Assembly (NCBI RefSeq): GCF_018398935.1
Contig: NZ_CP074694.1
Coordinates: 2,430,001 to 2,462,000 of the forward strand
DNA length: 32,000 bases
Source of the DNA: Telmatocola sphagniphila
GTDB lineage: Bacteria; Planctomycetota; Planctomycetia; Gemmatales; Gemmataceae
Direction of reading: 5' to 3'
Part shown: positions 15,197 through 23,232 of the stretch, piece after piece
Layout: each line of letters begins with the position of its first letter
Position numbering within the stretch: the first letter of the stretch is position 1
Translations under genes and position numbers: made by a program
Notes under the pieces: model-generated
The model's input: the letters and a program-made list of their open reading frames with translations, nothing else
Database searches by the model: none
Told to the model about the DNA's origin: nothing

Positions 15197-16741
15197 ATGG
15201 TCTCCCGATTATTGATCGCGACTGTCTGGCTGTGCATCCCCGTCCTTTTGAAGGCAGAGCCACCCGATACTTTTAAATATGTGGGGTCCGACTGCCTGGG
15301 CTTCGTTCACATTGAACTGCAGGAGATCATCAAAAGTAAACCGGTTCAAATGATCCTAAAAATTGATGGCCGAAGAGGGCAGAAGCTCGAAGTCTACGAT
15401 GCCCAGTTTGGATTAGGTGGTAGCGGTTGCCTGCGAGCTACCGGAGTATTGCAATCCGTGGAAGCAATATTGGCAAATGAAAGATCTGCCCCGGAATTCT
15501 TCACGGTCATGAAAGCAGTCAAACCGATCGACAAAGCAAAAGCGTTTGCTTCCGTCAAAAATCGAGATACCGAGGATTTCTTCGAAACCAGTTTTGAAAT
15601 GAACGCCTATTTTCCTGACCAGATGACCCTCATTCACGGGATCAAAACCATTCTCGGCCCGATTAAAACTGGCACTTACCCTTTACAAAAAGGGAAGATG
15701 GAACCTTTCTTCGAAGAGGCCGCGAAGCACCACATTTTCGCGGCGGGTGATCTCAGTAAGTTGCCCGAGTTCGCAACTAAACGCATTCCCCAACCTCTGT
15801 CGGCGTTGACTCGAGCGAAATCGGCGAGCATTGCCATCGACATCCCCGGAGATATTTTGCTGAAGGCGAACATAGCCTGTGGGGATGAAAAAGATGCCAT
15901 GGCCTTGAGCGAGATTGCTGAGGCCCTACGGTCGGAATTGGTTACTTTCATCCGAGCAGAAGAAGAGGACCAATTGAAGCAAACCAAGGGACTCGCCAAA
16001 CCGATCATCGAGGAATTAATTGCCGGCCTGAAGAGGATGAAGATCGAGGTTCAAGGCAAAAATCTGCGCATGAGCACCACGCTCAAATCCAATTTTTTCA
16101 CGGAGGAATACGCGGAGAAGGTCGTGAACTTCGTCGTCGAGAGCGCCTCGGAGATTCAGGAACAAAATAACTTGAAGATGATCTCACTAGCCATGCTCAA
16201 TTATGAAAGTGCTTATGGCACTTACCCGGCCAATGGGTTCAGTAGCAAACAAAAGCCTCTGTTGAGTTGGCGAGTCGCCATATTGCCTTATGTGGAGGGA
16301 GGGAATCTCTACAACGAATTTCATTTGGATGAGCCCTGGGACAGTGAGCACAATAAAAAGCTGATTCCGAGAATGCCGAAGATTTTTCTGTTGCCCGGTC
16401 AAAAAAATGAAGGCAAGACGCACTATCGAGTCTTTCAACAAAACGGCAGCATGTTCGAAAATGACAAAGGGAGTACGATTGCCTCCATCACCGATGGAAC
16501 CTCTAACACGATGTTGGTTTGCCCGATCAAGGAAGCAGTAGAATGGACCAAACCAGACGAGCTGATCTTCGACCCTAAAGGGGAAGTAAAAAAACAGCTC
16601 TATTTCCGGGACGGGAAAATTAATGCCTGTTTCGCCGACGCCTCCATTCGAAAATTTTCGGACAAGATTAAGGAGACGACCCTGAAGGCATTAATCACCA
16701 AGAATGGAGGAGAGGTATTACCCGCGGATCTCGACAAATAG
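15197..16741 (+). CDS. Secreted protein: novel ~330-aa N-terminal region fused to a divergent DUF1559 domain
   Basis: Signal peptide MVSRLLIATVWLCIPVLLKAEP. The C-terminal 180 aa (NNLKMISLAMLNYESAYGTYPA...LLSWRVAILPYVEGGNLYNEFHLDEPWDSEHNKKL...ITDGTSNTMLV) is colinear with the DUF1559 gene at 23233. There is no GFTLIELLVV pilin-like segment, and the H-X9-DG site is degenerate (RDGKINACFADAS). GAGG RBS. Confidence 0.75.
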   Translation: MVSRLLIATVWLCIPVLLKAEPPDTFKYVGSDCLGFVHIELQEIIKSKPVQMILKIDGRRGQKLEVYDAQFGLGGSGCLRATGVLQSVEAILANERSAPEFFTVMKAVKPIDKAKAFASVKNRDTEDFFETSFEMNAYFPDQMTLIHGIKTILGPIKTGTYPLQKGKMEPFFEEAAKHHIFAAGDLSKLPEFATKRIPQPLSALTRAKSASIAIDIPGDILLKANIACGDEKDAMALSEIAEALRSELVTFIRAEEEDQLKQTKGLAKPIIEELIAGLKRMKIEVQGKNLRMSTTLKSNFFTEEYAEKVVNFVVESASEIQEQNNLKMISLAMLNYESAYGTYPANGFSSKQKPLLSWRVAILPYVEGGNLYNEFHLDEPWDSEHNKKLIPRMPKIFLLPGQKNEGKTHYRVFQQNGSMFENDKGSTIASITDGTSNTMLVCPIKEAVEWTKPDELIFDPKGEVKKQLYFRDGKINACFADASIRKFSDKIKETTLKALITKNGGEVLPADLDK

Positions 16742-16758
16742 CATCGCCAGCTAATGAA

Positions 16759-16789
16759 TCGGGATTCCCTTGAAGTGGGGGAATCCCGA
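16759..16789. terminator. Bidirectional terminator-like hairpin between convergent genes
   Basis: TCGGGATTCCC-ttgaagtgg-GGGAATCCCGA: a perfect 11-bp stem and 9-nt loop, centred in the 60-bp gap between the stop at 16741 (+) and the stop at 16802 (-). Confidence 0.55.
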
Positions 16790-16801
16790 GCTTTATTCCA
16801 C

Positions 16802-19477
16802 TCAGATCCACTTCCTCTTCAACAACCACATTTTGACGAATTGCGTCAGCATCACATAGGTGAGCAAAATCACCACCAACAAGGGCCAATAGAGCCCCGG
16901 CAAAGGTTTGAAGCCCAGGTAATCTCCCAGCAACGTGTAGGGCATCGCGACTCCCAGACACATGATGATTGCGGACATCACTATCAACGGCCAGGAGGCC
17001 AGGCTCTGGAGGAACGGTATGCGGTTTGTACGAATCACGTGAATGATTAAAGTCTGGGTCAATAAACTCTCCACAAACCAGCCGGTCTGAAACAAACTTT
17101 CGCTGTAGGCGGCTTCTTCGGGCGTAGCGATATTCCAGCAACCGAACAAGTAAAGCATTATGAAGAACGTGGCATAGTCGAAAATTGAGGAACAAGGGCC
17201 GATAAACAGAATGTAGCGTGTGAGCTGACGGATATCCCAGGGGCGCGGCCGTTCGACCTGTTCCGGATCGACTTCATCCGTGGGTATCGCCGTCTGGCTG
17301 ATGTCGTAAAGCAAGTTGTTGGCCAGAATCTGAATGGGAGCCATGGGCAGATAGGGCAGAAAGATACTGGTTCCCAGCACACTGAACATGTTCCCAAAGT
17401 TACTACTCGCTCCCATGCGAATATATTTGAGAATATTCGCGAAGACCTTCCGACCTTCGATCACCCCTTCTTCCAGTACCATCAAGGACTTCTCCAGAAG
17501 GATCATATCAGCCGATTCCTTGGCGATATCCACAGCCGTATCGACGCTGATGCCAACATCCGCTGCACGTAAGGCCGGTGCATCGTTAATCCCATCCCCC
17601 ATGAAGCCGACTGTGTGATTGCGAGATCGCAGTGCAGTGATAATGCGTTGTTTATGGGCTGGCGAGACGCGTGCGAAAAGTGTGGTCTTCTCCGCCGTTT
17701 CTGCCAGTTCGCTATCCGATAGTTTGTCGACGTCCGTTCCCAGCAACACAAAATCCGTCGCCAGTCCCACTTCCTTGCAGACCTTGCGGGACACAAGTTC
17801 GTTATCTCCTGTAACGACTTTCACGCTGATTCCATGTCCCTCGAGGGCTTTTAACGCAGTCTTTGCCGTATCCTTGGGTGGATCGAGGAAAGCCACATAG
17901 CCGTTGAGAATGAGATCGGTTTCATCCTGTTTCGAATAGGGTGTGGAGTGCTGCGAGCCGGCCTCTCGCGGTGTGAGATCCTTGCTGGCAATCGCGAGAA
18001 CTCGAAAGCCATCGGAGCTCAGTTGTTCGTACTCTTCTTTCAATTCTTGGATGAACATATGTTCCATGGGGTAAAGTTGTCCATCCAGTTCGAATTGCTT
18101 GCAGCGGGCAAAAATCTCTTCGGGAGCCCCCTTACTAATAATGCGATCCTTGTTCTCTGGAGTGCGCACCACCACCGACATAATCCGTCGTTGAAAGTCG
18201 AAAGGAATCTCATCCACTTTCTGAAAATCGGGGATATGGGCATCACTTTGAGTGTCGGTGTGGGCTAAAATCGCGCGATCGAGGACACTTTTCAAACCCG
18301 TCTGGAAGTGGCTATTCATATAGGCCAGGGCCAGTACACCCTCGTCCTCCTTCAGCACCACGTCGCAATGCTTCTCGAGAATGACGTGATCCATGGTAAG
18401 TGTTCCGGTCTTGTCGGTACACAAGACATCCATCGCCCCCAGATTTTGGATAGCATTAATTCGCTTCACGATGACCTTTTTTCGGCTCATCGCGATGGCT
18501 CCCTTGGAGAGACAGACGGTCACTATCATGGGAAGCATTTCAGGTGTCAGACCGACTGCCACGGCCAGCGCAAAGAAAAATGCTTCGCTCCAATTATGTT
18601 TGGTCAAGCCGTTGATCAGAAATACTAGTGGCACCATTACCAGAATGAATCGCAACATCAACCAGGTGAAGCGGGCGACACCGCGATCGAAGGAAGTCTG
18701 GGTGACTTGTTCGGAAAGCGTCTCCGCCATACCTCCCAGAAAAGTATCTCCGCCGGTGGCTACCACCACACCCGTGGCCGATCCGCTTTCCACGCTCGTT
18801 CCCAAAAAAGCGATACTGGTAAGTTCGATGGGAGCGGTCGTGGCCGGATTCTTTTCGACTTCAAATTTTTCGACGGGAAAACTCTCCCCGGTCAACGAAC
18901 CTTGAATGACGAACAGATCCTTGGCCTCGATGATGCGGACATCCCCTGGAATCATATCGCCTGCCGCAAGTTTCACGATGTCGCCGGGTACCAGATCGGA
19001 AACGGCGACTTCCTTCGGCGCTCCATCGCGCAGGGCCGTAGCCGTGACGGATATCATGGCTTTGAGTTTGGCCGCCGCACTATCGGCCTTGGCTTCCTGA
19101 AACAACTTCAGCCCGACCCCCAGTACGATCATGAGGGTCATTACTATCCCAGCCCGCATATCATCGGTCGCAAACGAAATGGTGGCCAGAATAGCCAGCA
19201 GAATTACCAGCGGGTTTAGCACGGCGTGCCAGAGAAGTTTGCCAAAACCGCCGCGCTGATCTTTGGCCAGGATATTGTGTCCATGCTCTTGAAGGCGAGC
19301 CTCGACTTCCTGCGAGCTCAGACCGTTTTCCTGAGTTTTAAGCCGATCGAAAAGCGCAGCTTTATTCAGGGAAGCCGAGTCGACGACAATCTGGGAAACT
19401 TTAATCGTCGGTTTCTCGCGTTTGATCGCGGAAAACAGGTTTTTGAAACTGACAGGTCGCTCTTTCACGCCAGCCAT
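16802..19477 (-). CDS. mgtA: Magnesium-importing P-type ATPase (MgtA/MgtB type)
   Basis: 891 aa. LTGESFPVEK (TGES actuator), CTDKTGTLT (phosphorylation site), VVTGDN and MGDGINDAPALRAADVGISV. The N-terminal LSSQEVEARLQEHGHNIL, overall length and the 10-TM layout match MgtA-type pumps. AGGAG RBS. Confidence 0.92.
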   Translation of the reverse strand: MAGVKERPVSFKNLFSAIKREKPTIKVSQIVVDSASLNKAALFDRLKTQENGLSSQEVEARLQEHGHNILAKDQRGGFGKLLWHAVLNPLVILLAILATISFATDDMRAGIVMTLMIVLGVGLKLFQEAKADSAAAKLKAMISVTATALRDGAPKEVAVSDLVPGDIVKLAAGDMIPGDVRIIEAKDLFVIQGSLTGESFPVEKFEVEKNPATTAPIELTSIAFLGTSVESGSATGVVVATGGDTFLGGMAETLSEQVTQTSFDRGVARFTWLMLRFILVMVPLVFLINGLTKHNWSEAFFFALAVAVGLTPEMLPMIVTVCLSKGAIAMSRKKVIVKRINAIQNLGAMDVLCTDKTGTLTMDHVILEKHCDVVLKEDEGVLALAYMNSHFQTGLKSVLDRAILAHTDTQSDAHIPDFQKVDEIPFDFQRRIMSVVVRTPENKDRIISKGAPEEIFARCKQFELDGQLYPMEHMFIQELKEEYEQLSSDGFRVLAIASKDLTPREAGSQHSTPYSKQDETDLILNGYVAFLDPPKDTAKTALKALEGHGISVKVVTGDNELVSRKVCKEVGLATDFVLLGTDVDKLSDSELAETAEKTTLFARVSPAHKQRIITALRSRNHTVGFMGDGINDAPALRAADVGISVDTAVDIAKESADMILLEKSLMVLEEGVIEGRKVFANILKYIRMGASSNFGNMFSVLGTSIFLPYLPMAPIQILANNLLYDISQTAIPTDEVDPEQVERPRPWDIRQLTRYILFIGPCSSIFDYATFFIMLYLFGCWNIATPEEAAYSESLFQTGWFVESLLTQTLIIHVIRTNRIPFLQSLASWPLIVMSAIIMCLGVAMPYTLLGDYLGFKPLPGLYWPLLVVILLTYVMLTQFVKMWLLKRKWI

Positions 19478-19562
19478 GTTAGCTGCTCCTGAGAACTGGG
19501 CACCCCTTCATGGATATTCTCAGATGCTTTCACTGGCCCGGAGAAATCACTAAAAGAATTGC

Positions 19563-19599
19563 TTGAACAAAAAAGCGAGTTCAAAACGCATTCGATGCG
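19563..19599 (-). terminator. Weak terminator-like region after the NTase-HD gene
   Basis: On the minus strand: CGCAU-cga-AUGCG followed by UUUUGA, then UUGAAC-ucgcuuuuuu-GUUCAA. The stems are only 5-6 bp. Confidence 0.25.
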
Positions 19600-19614
19600 A
19601 TTCAGGTTCAAGGC

Positions 19615-20835
19615 TCACTCATTTTCCAGAGCGATTTGCTGGAGATAGGCAAGTGCTTCCTCGACAGTTCCCACTTGAGCACCGGGCACACGCCCTCCCC
19701 GATCCAGTTCTTCGAGAAGCAGGAGATCTTCAAAATCGGGCGACTGCTCGAGACGAAGCTTGGAGCGATGTCCAAGCGTTCCCGCTTTGTACGCATGAGC
19801 CTGCATGTGATGCTCTATCAGAAATTCGGTGCGCGGCGTGATCAGCCCTTTTAAAGCGTCCAGTCCCGAACCGACATGATCGTCCGGGTCGATTCCTTTG
19901 CCGACATCGTGCAATAGAGCCGCGAGCAGAAATTCTTCGTCGTAGGGTCGGCTATTCTTCGCCAGCTCAAACACCTGGAGCGAGTGATAGAGCACATCTC
20001 CTTCGGGATGGTACTTCGCCCCCTGCTTCACTTTTTCCAACGGGGTGAGCAGCAACTTGAAAAAAGGATAAGGATCCTCAATCTCGTCCGATTCGAACTC
20101 CAGGCTGAGTTCATCCAGATTCTCTTCGGGGTACTCGGCCTTCAGAAGGATTTCCAGCTCGCGAATCGAGGCCCGCTCGATTGCTTTGCCAGTAATCGAG
20201 CTTTTGAAAACGTAGTGAGCCTGATTCTCGGCGTAGACGGTCAGTTCAAAATTGAATTTGTCGAAGACGTGGATATGAGTGAAGATTCGCGCCTCGTTGT
20301 GTTTGACGACTTGCTTGCGTTCCACATCGAAGGTGTAACCTTCGGATTCCAGCACGGCCGTGATTGGTTCGATGAAATCACTGAACAGGTGGAGATCGAT
20401 ATCCGAGCCTTTGCGGACATGGCCGGTCATGACCGAACCGATCAAACGCGGCTTAAATCGACAGAGCAACCGCATCAGCTTCAAAGCCTCGAATCGCATG
20501 GCTTTGAGATTATCCTTGCGGCTTTCTCCCTCGTGTATCCGAGCAAAACTCTGAATTAGATCCCGAATTTCCGCATTCGAAGGGAGGTCATTGGGCTTCA
20601 CATCGCCACGACAGAGTCGTTTGGCCGCCTTTCGCTTGGCGGTGAAGTACTCTGATTCCTGGCGACTGTACATCAAACGGGCGGCTTCAAAAGCGATAGC
20701 GTGCCGTAATCGAACATCAGACATGGTGTTATGCGCGGATATTATCAGCCCATTTCGTGCCGCGCGGGGCTTATTTTCAGTATATCCCCAATCGAAGCCC
20801 GACATGAGAGAGAATTGGAAATTTTTCGAGACCAT
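19615..20835 (-). CDS. Nucleotidyltransferase (Pol-beta superfamily) domain + HD phosphohydrolase domain protein
   Basis: NTase signature LIGSVMTGHVRKGSDIDLHLF (G-S...D-x-D). C-terminal HD domain KYHPEGDVLYHSLQV...ALLHDVGKGIDPDDH...IEHHMQAH. A more likely start is ATG 20722-20724 (MSDVRLRHAIAFEAARL). The first 37 track residues look like read-through of the upstream region. Confidence 0.7.
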   Translation of the reverse strand: MVSKNFQFSLMSGFDWGYTENKPRAARNGLIISAHNTMSDVRLRHAIAFEAARLMYSRQESEYFTAKRKAAKRLCRGDVKPNDLPSNAEIRDLIQSFARIHEGESRKDNLKAMRFEALKLMRLLCRFKPRLIGSVMTGHVRKGSDIDLHLFSDFIEPITAVLESEGYTFDVERKQVVKHNEARIFTHIHVFDKFNFELTVYAENQAHYVFKSSITGKAIERASIRELEILLKAEYPEENLDELSLEFESDEIEDPYPFFKLLLTPLEKVKQGAKYHPEGDVLYHSLQVFELAKNSRPYDEEFLLAALLHDVGKGIDPDDHVGSGLDALKGLITPRTEFLIEHHMQAHAYKAGTLGHRSKLRLEQSPDFEDLLLLEELDRGGRVPGAQVGTVEEALAYLQQIALENE

Positions 20836-20978
20836 CAGGAAATTCGTGGCATGGCTTTCGCGAACGCGGTATCCTTCGAACTCGGAAATTAATTTGAAAC
20901 AGCGGATAGGCTCACGCGTCCTTTTAACAGGTCCCCTGCACTGAATTCCCAGCGGTTGTATTCGTTCGTAGAGAAAAT

Positions 20979-23048
20979 ATGGCTATGACCGATCAGAAGG
21001 AACGACTCAGCTTTCTATTCCTCTTCGCGGGTGCTTTGAGCCTGCTCTTTCTTTGGGGACAAATCAGCACTCCACTATTCACGATTTTTTTCCTGGTCTG
21101 GACCGCCGTGCTGGCAATAGTGGTACGGGCGGGCGCATTACCCCTGGTGGGACCCGTACTGATTTACGATCTCATCCGCATCGGACGGCGAAAAGGGAAT
21201 TTCCGGATGCGCACCCTCTTCGCCCTCGGTTTAGGCCTCCTGGCGGCCTGGCTCTATTACGACACGACTCACAGGCTCGAGGTGACTTATCGTGGAGGAT
21301 CGGTCCCTTTACGGGCTCAGGCGGAAGTCGGTCAAACTCTTTTTGCTTTCGTCATTATCGTGCAATTTTTTCTGATTTCGATCATGACGCCCGGCTATGT
21401 GGGTGGGGCGATTGCTGAAGAAAAGGAACGTAAGACGCTGGAATTTCTGCTGGCAACCGACCTTCGCAACCACGAGATTATTTTCGGCAAACTCGCCAGC
21501 CGGGTGGCTAATCTCCTATTGTTCGTTCTGGCGGGCCTGCCAGTCATGGGAATCGCACTAATCCTGGGAGGGGTCGATCCCGATCTGTTAATGCTCTGTT
21601 ATGCTGTCACCCTGATTACGCTTCTCAGCCTTTCAGCCTTAAGTATTTTTTGTTCGGTTATCAAAAAACGCGCTCGCGATGGCATCAGTTTCACGTACTT
21701 TGTGATGTTGAGCTATTTGTTACTCACTTTCGTGCCTTTTATTTTTATTGGGGGCCCTTCAGCCATAAGTGTGGAATACAAGTTCCTGGGCTTCGCAGTT
21801 CGACCGTTTGAGTGGTTCAATTCTCTGGCTTCCGGAAATCCGGTCTGGCAATTCGCGTTGTTTATGTTCAAGACTCGAGGTGGCGGAATGGGGGTACGCT
21901 CCGCATCGCTACTGTGGGAGATTTTGGAAAATTACACTCTGTTTCATTCGTTGATCATTTTCCTTTGCCTGGGCTACAGTGCCTGGAGATTGCGAAGCAT
22001 CTCTTTAGCACAACTTTATAACCCTTTACAAACTCGTAATTGGTTTTGGAAAAAAATTCGGACAAGACCCATCCCTTCGCATCCTCCGGTCGGAGACAAC
22101 CCGATGTATTGGAAGGAAGTGCATGTTATGGGATCGGGTCGGAAAAGATTAAAAGGCGGATGGCGATATTTGATGCCGATTCTGTTTTCGTTCGCCGCCC
22201 CTGCGTTTATTGCTGCAACTATTCTATATCCAAAATTCCAAGCGATTGATCGATTCGATTGGCGGTTTTTTTTTCTCGATCCCATCTTTCAGTCCGAAAT
22301 GGCTCGATCGATGAATACCTACATCCGCATGGTCGCTATCCTGGGTATAAGCGTATTATTGTTGCGAATTTCCGTGCGATCCTCGGGACGCATCTCCGGC
22401 GAGCGTGAACTAAGTACGCTCGACGAATTACTCACTACCCTACTTACCACCCGTGAGATCCTTTGGAACAAATGGCTGGGAAGCGTTTTCGAAATGAAAA
22501 GCATCTGGATCTTTTTGATCTCGACCTGGGTCATTGCAGTATTCTGCGATGCTCTCCACTGGATGATGGTACCGTTACTAATCTTTTACACTTTTCTTTA
22601 TGCCTTCGGTTTCGCCGGACTGGGCTTGTACTGCTCCATCAAAGCCCGAAATTCAAATCGGGCTACTCTTTCGGCCATTTTTTGGGGCCTGTTTCAAGGC
22701 GGTTTGGTCATTCCTCTGATCTATGCCCTCCTTACCGCATTGGAGTATCAGTTGACTTTTCTGGATAAGGTGGTGGATGGCTTCTTTGAATTCGCCGGGC
22801 CCTTCTCGCCCCCGGTGACGATCTTTTTCCTTTGCATGGCCGATCCCTGGGAGAATGAAAGTTATCGAAATACAAAATCGATCGGTAACGATCTATTTTT
22901 GGTACTTGCCGGGCTGGCCTTGAGCACCATCGCCTGGTTCGTTCTCTCCTATATATACTGGCTTCTGATCACGCGACGCTTCAACAAATTAGCCAATCGG
23001 GTTCCTTACTCGCCCGAAAATCCGACTCTTCAGTCGACCAACGATTAG
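20979..23048 (+). CDS. Internally duplicated ABC-2-type (NosY-like) permease, ~12+ TM, no ATPase partner in window
   Basis: 689 aa and highly hydrophobic. The two halves each carry the ABC-2 family entry motif: GAIAEEKERKTLEFLLATDLRNHEIIFGKLASR (first half) and GRISGERELSTLDELLTTLLTTREILWNKWLGS (second half). Confidence 0.65.
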   Translation: MAMTDQKERLSFLFLFAGALSLLFLWGQISTPLFTIFFLVWTAVLAIVVRAGALPLVGPVLIYDLIRIGRRKGNFRMRTLFALGLGLLAAWLYYDTTHRLEVTYRGGSVPLRAQAEVGQTLFAFVIIVQFFLISIMTPGYVGGAIAEEKERKTLEFLLATDLRNHEIIFGKLASRVANLLLFVLAGLPVMGIALILGGVDPDLLMLCYAVTLITLLSLSALSIFCSVIKKRARDGISFTYFVMLSYLLLTFVPFIFIGGPSAISVEYKFLGFAVRPFEWFNSLASGNPVWQFALFMFKTRGGGMGVRSASLLWEILENYTLFHSLIIFLCLGYSAWRLRSISLAQLYNPLQTRNWFWKKIRTRPIPSHPPVGDNPMYWKEVHVMGSGRKRLKGGWRYLMPILFSFAAPAFIAATILYPKFQAIDRFDWRFFFLDPIFQSEMARSMNTYIRMVAILGISVLLLRISVRSSGRISGERELSTLDELLTTLLTTREILWNKWLGSVFEMKSIWIFLISTWVIAVFCDALHWMMVPLLIFYTFLYAFGFAGLGLYCSIKARNSNRATLSAIFWGLFQGGLVIPLIYALLTALEYQLTFLDKVVDGFFEFAGPFSPPVTIFFLCMADPWENESYRNTKSIGNDLFLVLAGLALSTIAWFVLSYIYWLLITRRFNKLANRVPYSPENPTLQSTND

Positions 23049-23065
23049 CTCGCTTCACTGGAATA

Positions 23066-23085
23066 CCCTCCCAGTTACTGGAGGG
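23066..23085 (+). terminator. GC-rich hairpin after the permease gene
   Basis: CCCT(c)CCAG-tta-CTGGAGGG: 8 bp with a 1-nt bulge and a 3-nt loop, 18 nt after the stop. An A-rich rather than T-rich tail follows. Confidence 0.35.
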
Positions 23086-23104
23086 AAGAAAAATCTCTCT
23101 GTCC

Positions 23105-23228
23105 AACATCTTGAATATCGGGCAGGTGTTAGCACATTTTTGTTGCCGAAACTTTCGGCTCGGAGTAACATCTTGAATGTTGGGCAGGTAATATTTCGTA
23201 ATTATCACGTTTTGTTGCTTCAGGGAGT
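23105..23228 (+). repeat. Two tandem ~62-bp copies of the 5' region of the DUF1559 gene
   Basis: Copy 1 is 23105-23166 and copy 2 is 23167-23228. Shared blocks are AACATCTTGAAT(A/G)T(C/T)GGGCAGGT, CAC(A/G)TTTT(T)GTTGC and a terminal GGAGT. Copy 2 carries a ~10-nt insertion. Copy 1 contains the palindrome GCCGAAAcTTTCGGC (23145-23159). Confidence 0.6.
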
Positions 23229-23232
23229 TACG

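Noticed and set aside
19478-19614. M-box (ykoK) Mg2+ riboswitch upstream of mgtA
   Set aside because: The leader is only ~137 nt, part of which is the upstream gene's terminator-like region. I could not recognise the multi-helix M-box architecture. An Rfam scan would settle it.
23105-23228. Possible CRISPR-like or minisatellite array
   Set aside because: There are only two diverged copies with no spacer/repeat alternation and no cas genes. I treat it as a tandem duplication of a 5' region.
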